Below the pieces are notes generated by a model. It saw nothing but the letters and a program-made list of their open reading frames with translations. It was not told the DNA's origin and did no database searches. A program made the position numbers and the translations under genes. A stretch of DNA of 64,000 nucleotides from Thermoplasmata archaeon (GTDB taxonomy: Archaea > Thermoplasmatota > Thermoplasmata > Lutacidiplasmatales > UBA184). The stretch covers positions 11,926-75,925 of the forward strand of contig DATJRX010000050.1 in assembly GCA_035504395.1 (NCBI GenBank), written 5' to 3'. This document shows, in pieces, positions 17,290 to 26,865 of the stretch (position 1 is its first letter; each line of letters opens with the position of its first letter).

Positions 17290-17922
17290 CTATCGGTCGG
17301 CCCGCGTCCGACCCGGCCGCTGCTCCGGCAGGAGCCCGTCGGTGAGGTGGTAGGTCCGCCGTCGCTTTCCGCCCGTGAGCTCCACCGTCACGACCGATGC
17401 GTCGGAGAGCACCCCGGCGGGGTATCGGTGGACCACCTCGACCCGAAGGTCGGGGAGCGGGGGGAACGTGCGCCGGCGCCCGGTCCACTCGACCACGACA
17501 ACGGCCGCCGGTCCGACCTCGACCGCGCGCGGCACCGGGGCGAGCGTGAGCAGGACTCCGGCGAGCGCCAGGACGGCGAAGAGGCCCGTGAACACGAGGG
17601 TCCCGATCGAGCCGAAGACGCTGGAACCGCCGGGCGCGAGCCGATCCAGCTCGAGGAACCCGAGGTACATCGCGAGGAGCGGCAGCAGGTAGATCAGGAC
17701 GAGGCGACGCGCGCGCCGGCGGGCGGCGTCGTTCGCCCGGACGTCCGGCGCGCTCTCGATCGCGGCCCCGATGTCCGGTCCGCCCTCAGTCGCGGCCGCG
17801 GCGTCCGGCGCGACCGGGGCCGGACCCGGTCCGGTCGGCGGCTCGGAGCGCGATGGGCGTGGGATGCGGACGGCGCGGGGGGTCGCCACGATGCTCCCGG
17901 TGCGAGAGGGTCGTCGCGCCAC
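17290..17922 (-). CDS. Hypothetical membrane protein (two TM segments plus small C-terminal beta domain)
   Basis: LVLIYLLPLLAMYLGF and LVFTGLFAVLALAGVLLTLAP are predicted TM helices. The start at 17922 is GTG. An in-frame GTG at 17889 fits better with the TTTAAGG element at 17923-17929. Confidence 0.55.
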   Translation of the reverse strand: MARRPSRTGSIVATPRAVRIPRPSRSEPPTGPGPAPVAPDAAAATEGGPDIGAAIESAPDVRANDAARRRARRLVLIYLLPLLAMYLGFLELDRLAPGGSSVFGSIGTLVFTGLFAVLALAGVLLTLAPVPRAVEVGPAAVVVVEWTGRRRTFPPLPDLRVEVVHRYPAGVLSDASVVTVELTGGKRRRTYHLTDGLLPEQRPGRTRADR

Positions 17923-18191
17923 CTTAAACGTAGGGGCGCAGGTCGGCGGGCAGGCCCAGCCGGACGGATTACCTCGCGATCCGCACTCCGCGCGCGCCCG
18001 AGTCCGCCGCTCTCACCGGCCGAGTCCGCGCTGGTAGTGCACCGAAGCGGGGTCGTCGACGGGCTCGCCTCGGTTCGTCCACCGCGCGACGCAGGGCGAC
18101 CGTGACCGTGGGCGTGGGAGCGGCGGTCGGCGCCGAGTTCAACGGCAAGCGGCCGAGCGCGGGCACCGGATGCTCGTGGTCGCCGAACGGC

Positions 18192-19301
18192 TCACGCCTC
18201 GAGGTGCGTGTCGAGCTGTTCGGCCATCGGCGGCGAAGGGCGGGGGAGCGGGGTCTCGAGGTCGACGATCGGCACCTTGCGCGCGATCTCCGCCGCCATC
18301 GCCGAGCAGCTGGACGGCGGGACGGGGCGGAGCGTGTAGCCGGGCAGCGCGAGGTCGTAGGTGACGACCTTCTTCTCCGCGATCGTCTCCCACACCGCGC
18401 GGAAGACGCGGTCCGCGGCCTCGGTCTCCCCGAGGTGGCGCAGCAGCAGCTCGACGCACAGGATCTCGGCGACGGGATCGGCCTTGTCGAGTCCCGCATA
18501 CTTCGGGGCGGAACCGTGCACCGGCTCGAAGACCGCGAGCGAGTCCCCGTAGAGGGCGCCCGGGGCCACACCCAGACCGCCGGCGAGACCGGCGGTGAGG
18601 TCGGAGAGGATGTCGCCGAACAGGTTGGTCGTGACGAGGACGTCGTAGTCCTCGGGCTTTTTCGCGAGCTGCATGCACATGTTGTCGATCAGCCGCTCGT
18701 CGGCGAGGATGTCCGGGTACTTTGGCGCCATCTCGCGGAACGCGGTCTGGAACAGCGCGCCGGTCGTCTTCATGATGTTCGCCTTGTGGACGGCCGTGAC
18801 GTGCTTGCGGCGCTGGCGAAGGGCCAGCTCGAACGCGAACTTGCAGATCCGGTCCGACGCCTTCCGCGTGATGATGTTCACGGTCTCGGCGGCGGAGTGG
18901 TCGCGGTCGACCCAGTGCTCGACCCCCGAGTAGAGTCCCTCGGTCGCCTCGCGCACGACGATCAGGTCGGTCTCGGGAAACCGGGTCCCTTCGCCCGCGA
19001 TCGCGCGGGCGGGCCGGACCGACGCGTACAGGTCGAGCTGCTGGCGCAACGCGACGTTCACGGAACGGAACCCGCTGCCGATCGGCGTCGTGATCGGTCC
19101 CTTGAGGGCGACGCGATTGCGGCGGACCGACTCGAGGACCGCGTCCGGGAGCGGGTTCCCCGTCTTCTTGATCGCCTTCTCGCCCGCGTCGACGACCTCC
19201 CACTCGAGGGCGACCCCGGTCGCCTCGGCGACCCGGACCGCGGCGGAGGTGACCTCGGGTCCGATCCCGTCGCCGGGGATCAGGGTGACGCGGCGGGCCA
19301 T
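18192..19301 (-). CDS. Isocitrate / homoisocitrate / isopropylmalate dehydrogenase family (IDH3-like beta-decarboxylating dehydrogenase)
   Basis: Trimmed from the 780-aa composite ORF to MARRVTLIPGDGIGPEV. Motifs are RSVNVALRQQLDLYASVRP, LIVVREATEGLYSG and TNLFGDILSDL. Substrate is not assignable by eye. Confidence 0.9.
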   Translation of the reverse strand: MARRVTLIPGDGIGPEVTSAAVRVAEATGVALEWEVVDAGEKAIKKTGNPLPDAVLESVRRNRVALKGPITTPIGSGFRSVNVALRQQLDLYASVRPARAIAGEGTRFPETDLIVVREATEGLYSGVEHWVDRDHSAAETVNIITRKASDRICKFAFELALRQRRKHVTAVHKANIMKTTGALFQTAFREMAPKYPDILADERLIDNMCMQLAKKPEDYDVLVTTNLFGDILSDLTAGLAGGLGVAPGALYGDSLAVFEPVHGSAPKYAGLDKADPVAEILCVELLLRHLGETEAADRVFRAVWETIAEKKVVTYDLALPGYTLRPVPPSSCSAMAAEIARKVPIVDLETPLPRPSPPMAEQLDTHLEA

Positions 19302-19357
19302 GGTTCTTGGGTCGGTCCGAGCGCCGTCCGCATTTAAAGGCGCCCGCGCCCCGGTGA

Positions 19358-20269
19358 TTAGGCCGGGTGCGCGGCCGCCGGCAGCTGCCGCAGCACCGCC
19401 CGCATCACGCGGTCGCGGACGAGACCGTCGTCGAGCGTCCGCGTCGAGATGAGGAACACCCCGTCCCAGGTCGTCGGGGAGATGTCGGTCACCTCGACCC
19501 GCGGCGGGGCGCGGGGAGCGTCGTCCGGGAATCCGGCCCGAACCTCGGCCAGGGCCGCCTCGACCGTCTTCACGTCCACGCTCAACGGGAACGTCATCCG
19601 GACCCGGTGCATCTTCGGCACTCCCGGGCTCGGCAGCACGATGAGCGCGGCGAGCACGACCGCGTTCGGGACCTTGGCCGTGCCGCCGCCGTCGAGGCGG
19701 AGGACGGTGTAGAGCAGCTCGACGTCCTCGACGGTCCCCGAGTAGGTGGGGTAGCCCATCTCGTGGGGGTAGCTCGGCGGATACGCGCCGTAGCTCGACG
19801 AGATCAGGGTGACGCGGTCGCTCGGGCGGAACGGGCTCGCGACGACGAGGAGGAGCCCCGCGAAGACGTTCGCGAGGACCGTCTGGGCCGCGAGCCCGAG
19901 GACGATCCCGGCGAAGGCGCTCCCGAGGAAGATCGACTCGACCGACACGCCCGCGAGGTGGGCCAGGGCGAAGATCGCACCGATGGCGATCAGTACGTTG
20001 AGGAAGACGCGGACGGTCGCCCCGTGGTGCATCTGGCCCTGGCGCCGCAGCACCGCGTCGGTCGCGCTGGTGAACGCTCGCGCGGTGAAGTAGGCGAGGA
20101 GCACGATCGCCCCGGCCTCGAGGGCGAACACCTCCCAGGTCGAGAACCCGTGGAACAGGCGGGTGTTGAACTCGGTGAACGCCGTGTAGAGCACGGCCGC
20201 GAGGACGATGACGACGACCAGGTTGCGGAAGAGGACGTGCAGGGGGCGGGACTCCGCGGCGGCCGCCAT
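19358..20269 (-). CDS. Mechanosensitive ion channel, MscS family
   Basis: Three N-terminal TM helices, then GSAFAGIVLGLAAQTVLANVFAGLLLVVASPFRPSDRV (MscS pore/beta-domain junction). Confidence 0.85.
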   Translation of the reverse strand: MAAAAESRPLHVLFRNLVVVIVLAAVLYTAFTEFNTRLFHGFSTWEVFALEAGAIVLLAYFTARAFTSATDAVLRRQGQMHHGATVRVFLNVLIAIGAIFALAHLAGVSVESIFLGSAFAGIVLGLAAQTVLANVFAGLLLVVASPFRPSDRVTLISSSYGAYPPSYPHEMGYPTYSGTVEDVELLYTVLRLDGGGTAKVPNAVVLAALIVLPSPGVPKMHRVRMTFPLSVDVKTVEAALAEVRAGFPDDAPRAPPRVEVTDISPTTWDGVFLISTRTLDDGLVRDRVMRAVLRQLPAAAHPA

Positions 20270-20320
20270 CGCCGACGGGAACGGGGGTCGCGCTTAGTCC
20301 TTTCCCGGCGTGAACGGTGC

Positions 20321-20340
20321 GGTAATTAGAATTCTTATAA
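20321..20340. promoter_or_regulatory. AT-rich divergent promoter region (mscS / orc1-like)
   Basis: GGTAATTAGAATTCTTATAA sits in an otherwise GC-rich spacer. CTTATAA ends 22 nt before the ATG at 20362, which suggests a leaderless or near-leaderless mRNA. Confidence 0.35.
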
Positions 20341-20361
20341 CAGTGAGTCATCCTAGAGCTC

Positions 20362-21570
20362 ATGCTCGCCGTTCCCCACACCGAGGTGCTCGCCCGGGAC
20401 TGGTTGCCGCCGGTCGTGCTCGGGCGCGAGGCCGAGGTCGCCGATGCCGTTCGGCGCCTCGATGCCCCCGCGCCCCGGGCTCCGCCGCCCTGGATCGTCG
20501 GGGTCGCCGGCCCCCGGGGCGCCGGTGCGAGCACGGTCGCGCGCCGGGCCGCCCGGGAGGTCGCCGACCGGCTCCGGGCCCATTCCCCCGACCTGCCCCC
20601 GAGGACCCTGGCGCTCCGCGTCGCCGGTTGCCGGGGGACGCACGGAGTTGCCTCGGCGCTGCTCTCCGCCCTGGACGAGGGGTTCGACGGGCGCGGGTTT
20701 CCGGTCGCCGAGATCCTCGCGGGCTTCCTCCGGCGGGTCCGGCGCGACGGGCGCCCGCTCGTGCTGGTCCTCGACGACGTCTATCTCGGCGGTCCGAGCC
20801 TCGCGCCGGTCCTGCGGGCGCTCGCGGCGCCCGACCGGTTCCTGCCGGAGGGGGAGTCCGGACTCCCGCCCGGGTGGATCCTGCTCGCCGGCCCGGCGGA
20901 GGCGCTGCTCGGATGCGAGCGCGAGCTCGGCGGGCGCGCGCCGATCGCCCCGTTCGTGCCGGTCGCCCCGTACGGCGTCCGCGCGCTCCGGGCGATGATC
21001 GACGATCGGATCGCGCGGGCGCTGGGGCGACCGGCGCCGGCCGAGCTCGCCGACCGGCTGGTCGCGTCCACGGTCGCGAGCGGGGGCGGGGCGGTGCGCG
21101 CGATCGACCTCGTCCGACGCGCCCTCCTGGGTCCGGAATATCGGCGGGACGGCCGACCGCGGGCCGCCCGCGTCGCGGGCGAGTCGGTCCCCGTGGAGAC
21201 GAGCGTGGTCCGCGCGATCGAGGAGGCGGCCCACGGCGTGGAGGCGATCGTCGGCGACGTACGTCGGCTCGAAGCCCAGTACGCGCGGGCCTCGGGCGCG
21301 ACGCCGCTCCCGGCGACCACGCTGTGGCGCCGGATCGTTCGACTCGAGCAGGCGGGCTACGTGCGCCGCGAGGTCCGCCCCGGCGGGGTCGGCGGGACGC
21401 GCTCCCTCGTGCGCCTGATGGCGCCGGTCGACGAGTGGGTCGTCAGTCCGGGCCCTCGGGGAACTCGTCCAGCGTCCGCGGCGTGGGGCGGCGGCCCGAC
21501 GGCGCTCGCGCCGGGGTCGGGCTGGGCGGCGGACCGATGGCCGGGACCGACGGACGACGCAGTTGAGTGA
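20362..21570 (+). CDS. Orc1/Cdc6-like AAA+ protein with degenerate Walker A/B and C-terminal winged helix
   Basis: The N-terminal LARDWLPPVVLGREAEV pattern is Orc1/Cdc6-like. The P-loop reads GPRGAGAST (no Lys). Walker B reads LVLVLDDV (no Glu). The C-terminal TTLWRRIVRLEQAGYVRRE is WH-like. Confidence 0.7.
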   Translation: MLAVPHTEVLARDWLPPVVLGREAEVADAVRRLDAPAPRAPPPWIVGVAGPRGAGASTVARRAAREVADRLRAHSPDLPPRTLALRVAGCRGTHGVASALLSALDEGFDGRGFPVAEILAGFLRRVRRDGRPLVLVLDDVYLGGPSLAPVLRALAAPDRFLPEGESGLPPGWILLAGPAEALLGCERELGGRAPIAPFVPVAPYGVRALRAMIDDRIARALGRPAPAELADRLVASTVASGGGAVRAIDLVRRALLGPEYRRDGRPRAARVAGESVPVETSVVRAIEEAAHGVEAIVGDVRRLEAQYARASGATPLPATTLWRRIVRLEQAGYVRREVRPGGVGGTRSLVRLMAPVDEWVVSPGPRGTRPASAAWGGGPTALAPGSGWAADRWPGPTDDAVE

Positions 21571-23737
21571 GGACCATCTCCGCGAGGCGGCGCGAGTGGA
21601 GCGCCTGCTCGACGCGGTCGAGCGGGGCCTGCCGAAGCGACTCGCGGTCGGGGTACCCCGCACCGTACAGCCAGCGGGCGCGGACGCGCCCGATCCCGCG
21701 GAGCCGGACCAGGTCGAGGAGCTCCTCCGGCACGCCGTAGCGGACCCGAAGGGCCAGGTCGTCGATCGAGCGGCTGGCGCGCCGCTGGAAGCGGGCGGCG
21801 AGGCGCCCCATCGCGAACAGCAGCCAGTCGGCGTCCTCGACCTTCGCCCGGAGGTCGCCCGCGCCGATCCCGAACCGCTCGGAGATCTCGACGATCGGGG
21901 TCTCGCGGATCCACGCCTCGAGGACGCTGGCGGTCTTGAGCGTCGAGAGGAAGCTGTCGATCTCGAGCTCGAGCGGGGGCTCCATCGGCTTCACCAACAG
22001 CTCCTCCGCCTCGTCGGTGTACCGCGCCATCAGGTCCGGTTCCTCGCCCCGCCGAAGGAACAGGGCCGGGAGGTCCGGCGTGGCGGCGATCGCGGCGAGG
22101 AGCGCGAACGGGGCGACCCCGATCGGCGCCCGCTCCAACACGCTCCGCAGGACGATCGCGCTGAGCGGGTCGAGGTACAGCTGGCTCGTGAGATGGCCGA
22201 ACGGCGTCGCGGCGAGCTCGGGGCCCGGCTCTAGGAGGTCGTTCTCCTCGAGGAACCGACGGACCGTAACCACGGTCCGGCGGAGGTCGTCGAGCGGGAG
22301 CGTCTGGCCGTAGAACGTCGCCGCGAAGAACGACTCGAGCTCGGCGTCCGTTCGCACCGCGCCGCTCGCCACGAGCGCCAGCACGTGCATCCGAAGGGCC
22401 GGCTCCGACGCGAGGCGGCTCTCGACCTTCTCCGGGGGCGCCGAGAGGTACCGGTCCAGCAGCCGGTCCTCGTCCTCGGGGGTGCGCGCGATCAGCAGCG
22501 CCTCCCCGTAGGCGTCGAACCGGGGCCGCCCGGCCCGCCCGAGCATCTGGTGCACCTCGGTCGCCGGGATCGGGGCCTGCATCCCGAGGTGGTCGTCGTA
22601 GCGGCTCGTGTCGCGGACGATCACCCGGCGGGCCGGGAGGTTGATCCCGGCCGCGAGCGTCGGTGTCGCGACCAGGACCTTGAGCGTGCGTTCCCGGAAC
22701 GCGCGCTCGACCACGCGACGTTCGAGGTTCGTCAGCGAGGCGTTGTGGTATGCGACCCCGTGCGGCAGCAGCCCGCCGAGGCGTCGGATCCCCTCGGTCT
22801 CCTCGTCCGATGACTCGGAGAGGTCGGCGAGCGCGGCGCGGGCGGCGGCCCGCTCCTCGGCGGAGAGCCGAGAGCGGACCGTCGGGACGAGGCCCTCGGC
22901 GACCTGTTCGCTCGCCTTGCGAGTGTTCACGAAGACGAGCGCCTGGCCGCCCTCCCGCAGGATCGACCCGACCAGGCGCGGGATCGCGTCGGTCGAACCC
23001 TCGATCTCGCGCGTCGTGAGGTCAGTGAACGTGATCCGGCCCTCGTAGTACACCCCGGTCTTGAGCGGCACCGGGCGGAAGTCGCTCGCGATGTGGCGCG
23101 CCCTGAGCCACGCCGCGACCTCCTCCGAGTTCCCGACGGTCGCCGAGAGCGCGACGACCTGAAGATCCGGATAGGCGCGCCGCAGGCGGGTCAGGCTCAC
23201 CTCGAGCGTCGGCCCGCGGTCCGGGTCGCGCATGAGGTGGATCTCGTCGGCGACGACGACGCCGAGCCGGTCGAGCCACGGGCTCCCCCGGCGGAGGAGG
23301 CCGTCGGCCTTCTCGCTGGTCGCGACGAGGACGTCGATCTTCTCGAGCTGCTCCGCCGAGAGGTCGAAGTCGCCCATCGAGAGGCCGACCTTGAGGCCCA
23401 GGGGCTCGAACCGCTGGAGCTCGTCGGCCTTTTCCTGGGCGAGGGCCCGCAGCGGCACGAGGTAGAGCCCGGTGCGGCCGGCGCGGGCGGCCCGCACGAG
23501 CGCGAGGTAGGCGACGAGCGACTTCCCCGAGGCGGTGGGGCAGGCGAGCAGCACGCTCTCGCCCCCGAGCACCGGACCCACCGCCGCAGCTTGGGGCGGG
23601 TACAGGGCGCGGATCCCGTCGGCCTCGAGGATCGCCCGGACCTCGGCGTCGAGGGGCGTGGCGTCGAGCGCGACGGGGCCGGGAGGAACGACCGGTGGAG
23701 GGAGCGGGTCCGCCCGCGCCCGGGGACGGGGCGGCAC
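21443..23737 (-). CDS. hel308: ATP-dependent DNA helicase Hel308 (Ski2-like)
   Basis: CPTASGKSLVAYLA (motif I), VVADEIHLM (motif II), and SATVGN. The length (764 aa) and C-terminal HhH-like domain are typical of Hel308/Hjm. Confidence 0.9.
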   Translation of the reverse strand: MPPRPRARADPLPPPVVPPGPVALDATPLDAEVRAILEADGIRALYPPQAAAVGPVLGGESVLLACPTASGKSLVAYLALVRAARAGRTGLYLVPLRALAQEKADELQRFEPLGLKVGLSMGDFDLSAEQLEKIDVLVATSEKADGLLRRGSPWLDRLGVVVADEIHLMRDPDRGPTLEVSLTRLRRAYPDLQVVALSATVGNSEEVAAWLRARHIASDFRPVPLKTGVYYEGRITFTDLTTREIEGSTDAIPRLVGSILREGGQALVFVNTRKASEQVAEGLVPTVRSRLSAEERAAARAALADLSESSDEETEGIRRLGGLLPHGVAYHNASLTNLERRVVERAFRERTLKVLVATPTLAAGINLPARRVIVRDTSRYDDHLGMQAPIPATEVHQMLGRAGRPRFDAYGEALLIARTPEDEDRLLDRYLSAPPEKVESRLASEPALRMHVLALVASGAVRTDAELESFFAATFYGQTLPLDDLRRTVVTVRRFLEENDLLEPGPELAATPFGHLTSQLYLDPLSAIVLRSVLERAPIGVAPFALLAAIAATPDLPALFLRRGEEPDLMARYTDEAEELLVKPMEPPLELEIDSFLSTLKTASVLEAWIRETPIVEISERFGIGAGDLRAKVEDADWLLFAMGRLAARFQRRASRSIDDLALRVRYGVPEELLDLVRLRGIGRVRARWLYGAGYPDRESLRQAPLDRVEQALHSRRLAEMVLTQLRRPSVPAIGPPPSPTPARAPSGRRPTPRTLDEFPEGPD

Positions 23738-23758
23738 GGGCGCGCCGAGGGCGGCCCG

Positions 23759-24895
23759 CTAGTTATGGTTTGGTTCGTCGCCGGGTTCGACGAGGCTCCG
23801 GCCGAGGATGAGCTCCTGGATTTCGGTGGTCCCCTCCACGATCGGGAACACCCGCGCGTCCCGGTAGAGCCGGCCGGCGGCCGCGTCCGCGCGCGCCCCG
23901 GGCCCCCCGGCGACGTCGATCCCCGCCGAGGCGATGGCGACGGCGGCGCGCGACGCCACGAGCTTCGCGACCGACGCCGCACGGACGAACGGCTCGCCCC
24001 GGTCCTTGCGGGCCGCCGCGACGTCCACGAGCGCCGCGGCGCTCTCCAGGTCCGCGAACGCGCGGGCGAGCTCGGAGCGCTTCCACTCCGCGTCGTCGCG
24101 GCGGACGGCCTCCCGCATCGTCTCGAACGCGGCCCGAGCGACGCCGAGCGCGCAGCTCGCGATCCCGACGCGACCGCCCGCGAGCGCCCCCAGGGCCACG
24201 CGGAGGCCGGCTCCCTCCTCCCCGAGGAGCGCGTCGGCCGGGAGGCGCACGCCGTCCAGGACGAGCTCGGTGGTCTCGCTGCCGCGCAGTCCGAGCTTGT
24301 CGAGACGCTGGGCGACGGAGAAGCCCCCGGTCCCCGGCGGCACGATGAACGCCGAGATCCCGCGGTGGCCGAGAGTGGGGTCCCGCGTCGCGAAGACGAG
24401 GACCGTGCCCGCGCTGACGGCGTTCGAGGTGAACATCTTCGTCCCCCGCAGGACGAACCCGTCGGCCTCGCGTCGGTAGCGGGTGGCGATCGCGGCGGTG
24501 TCCGACCCGGCGCCGGGCTCGGTGAGCGCGAACGCGCCCACGCGTTCGCCCCGCGCGAGCGGTCGAAGGTAGCGCTCCCTCTGGGCGTCGGTCCCGTAGT
24601 CGAGGATCGGCCGCGCGCAGACCGAGAGGTGGACGGCCAGCGTGACCGCGACCGCGGCGCTGGCGCGCGCGAGCTCCTCGAGGACGGCGACCGTCGCCCG
24701 GGTGTCGCCGCCGGAACCGCCCCATGCCTCGGGAAGCCCGAGCCCGAGGAACCCCTTGGCGGAGAGGTCCGCGAGGACCGCGTCCGGGATGCGGTCCTCC
24801 CGGTCGATCCGCTCTGCCAGCGGCGCGACCGACCGCTCGGCGAGGTCACGGGCGCGCCGCCGCCACGTCGCGATCTGCGCGTCGCGCGGATCCAT
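23759..24895 (-). CDS. Acyl-CoA dehydrogenase
   Basis: GAFALTEPGAGSDTAAI, the FTSN motif region, and a C-terminal RLYRDARVFPIVEGTTEIQ are typical ACAD signatures. Confidence 0.9.
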   Translation of the reverse strand: MDPRDAQIATWRRRARDLAERSVAPLAERIDREDRIPDAVLADLSAKGFLGLGLPEAWGGSGGDTRATVAVLEELARASAAVAVTLAVHLSVCARPILDYGTDAQRERYLRPLARGERVGAFALTEPGAGSDTAAIATRYRREADGFVLRGTKMFTSNAVSAGTVLVFATRDPTLGHRGISAFIVPPGTGGFSVAQRLDKLGLRGSETTELVLDGVRLPADALLGEEGAGLRVALGALAGGRVGIASCALGVARAAFETMREAVRRDDAEWKRSELARAFADLESAAALVDVAAARKDRGEPFVRAASVAKLVASRAAVAIASAGIDVAGGPGARADAAAGRLYRDARVFPIVEGTTEIQELILGRSLVEPGDEPNHN

Positions 24896-24963
24896 GACGG
24901 CGGGGGGACCCCGCCGAACGCTTAAGGAGTGAGGCCCGGTCGCCGGCCCTCGGGGGCAACACG

Positions 24964-26865
24964 GTGAGCACGGAGCCGACGCCGAAGGACCGGTTCACGT
25001 CCCTCGACACGCTCGCGGTCGCCCGCGAGGTCCGCGGCCTGGGGCGGGCGCGCGTCGACAAGGCGTTCGACCTCCCCGGGGGCGGGTGGTCGCTGGCCTT
25101 CCGCTCGGCGGGGGAGGGCCGCCGCGAGCTCCTTCTCGTCCCGGGCCGCTACGCCGCGCTCCTGGGCCACGGGCCGGAGCACCCCGAGGCGCTCTCCCCG
25201 TTCGCGCGGGAGCTTCGCCGCCTCCTCACCGGGGCCGCGCTCCGCTCGGTCGGCGAACCGGCCGGGGAGCGCTACCTCGAGCTCGTCCTGGGCCGCTCCG
25301 ACGACCCCGAGCCGATCACGGTCGCGCTCGAGATGTTCGGGAAGGGCAACCTGATGGTCGCCCGCGGCGCCACGCTGACGGCGGTCGCGGAAGCCCGCCG
25401 GTGGGCCCACCGGCAGGTCCGCATCGGCGCCCCGTACTCCCGGCCTCCAACGCGGCTCGATCCGTGGGCGACCGGCCGGGCGGAGCTCGAAGCGGAGCTG
25501 GCCCGATCCCGGACCGACCTCGCGAGCACGCTCGCGGCGCGGCTCTCGTTCGGCGGGCCGGTCGCCGAGGAGCTGATCGCCCGCGCCGGCGTCGACGGAG
25601 CCGAGCCCGCGACCGCGCGCCCGCCCGAGGTCGCCGAGCGGATCCACGCGGGGGTCGCCGAGCTGCTCCGGGAGGTCGGGGAGCGTCCGATCGGCTACCT
25701 GTACCGCCGCGGGGGCACGCTGGTCGACGCGACCCCGTACGCGTCGCGGCGATGGGCGTCGGTCCCGGGGGTCGAGCGCACGGAGCGCCCGACGTTCTCG
25801 GAGGCGGCGGACGATTACTTCCGCTCGCTCGTCGTGCCCACGCCCTCCCCCGAGGAGGCCGAGGTCGCGCGTCGGGCCCGGGAGCTGGAGCGGCTTCGGG
25901 AACAGCAGACCGCGGCGGTCGCCTCGCTGTCGGAGTCGATCCAGTCCCTGAAGGAGACCGCCGAGACGATCCTCGCCCACTACCCGGACGCGGAGGCCGC
26001 GATCGATCGTCGACGGGCCGAGGTCCCGGACGTCCCGCACTTCGAGGCCGATCTCGGGGGCCGGCGCGTCCCGCTGAGCCTCGACCGCTCGCCGCGCGAG
26101 TCCGCGCGCGAGCTGTTCGAGGAGGCGAAGCGACAGCAGGGGAAGCTCGCGGGCGCCCGGGCCGCGCTCGCCGAGACCGAGGCCCGCCGGACGGGAACGG
26201 CCGCCCGTGCGGAGCGACCGCGGCGCGCCACGGCGGAACCGACCCGGCGCTCGAAGCCCCACTGGTTCGAGCGGTTCCGCTGGTTCGTGAGCTCGGAGGG
26301 CGCGGTGGTCATCGCCGGCCGGGACGCGGCGTCGAACGACCTGGTCGTTCGGCGCAACCTGAAGGACGGCGACCGGTACGTCCACGCGGACCTGCACGGC
26401 GCGGCCAGCGTCATCGTGAAGCACCCCGCGCCCGGGGCGTCCGAGATCACGGAGGTGACGCTGCGCGAGGCGGGCCAGTGGGCCGTCGTCTATTCGAAGG
26501 CATGGCGGGCGGGGCTCGCGTCCGCCTCGGCGTTCTGGGTCGAGCCGGACCAGGTGTCGAAGGCGGGCGCGAGCGGGGAGTTCGTCGCGCGCGGCGCCTG
26601 GGCGATCCACGGCACGAAGCACGTGATGCGGGACCTCCCGCTCGAGATCGGGATCGGTACGATCGACTACGAGGGGGACGCGCTCTGGTCGTCGGCCCCG
26701 CCGTCCGCGCTCCGGGCCCGGGGCACCCTCCGCGCGACCCTCGTCCCGGGCGAGGAGCGCGAGCGCGCAGCGATCGAGGTCGCCCTTGCGACCGAGGTCG
26801 GCCTTCCCCGCGAGCGGCTCCCGTCCCTCCTTCCGGCGGGCGGCATCGCGGTCCGCCGCGTATAG
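24964..26865 (+). CDS. NFACT-family ribosome quality control protein (Rqc2/NEMF/FbpA homologue)
   Basis: The N-terminal NFACT-N is FTSLDTLAVAREVRGL. A central coiled coil follows. The NFACT-R/DUF814 region is WFERFRWFVSSEGAVVIAGRDAASNDLVVRR...RYVHADLHGAASVIVK. Confidence 0.85.
   Translation: MSTEPTPKDRFTSLDTLAVAREVRGLGRARVDKAFDLPGGGWSLAFRSAGEGRRELLLVPGRYAALLGHGPEHPEALSPFARELRRLLTGAALRSVGEPAGERYLELVLGRSDDPEPITVALEMFGKGNLMVARGATLTAVAEARRWAHRQVRIGAPYSRPPTRLDPWATGRAELEAELARSRTDLASTLAARLSFGGPVAEELIARAGVDGAEPATARPPEVAERIHAGVAELLREVGERPIGYLYRRGGTLVDATPYASRRWASVPGVERTERPTFSEAADDYFRSLVVPTPSPEEAEVARRARELERLREQQTAAVASLSESIQSLKETAETILAHYPDAEAAIDRRRAEVPDVPHFEADLGGRRVPLSLDRSPRESARELFEEAKRQQGKLAGARAALAETEARRTGTAARAERPRRATAEPTRRSKPHWFERFRWFVSSEGAVVIAGRDAASNDLVVRRNLKDGDRYVHADLHGAASVIVKHPAPGASEITEVTLREAGQWAVVYSKAWRAGLASASAFWVEPDQVSKAGASGEFVARGAWAIHGTKHVMRDLPLEIGIGTIDYEGDALWSSAPPSALRARGTLRATLVPGEERERAAIEVALATEVGLPRERLPSLLPAGGIAVRRV

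Noticed and set aside
20270-20361. Replication origin next to the orc1/cdc6-like gene
   Set aside because: The spacer is only 92 nt. It has one short AT-rich patch and no repeated ORB-like elements that I could find. The adjacent Orc1-like protein has degenerate ATPase motifs.
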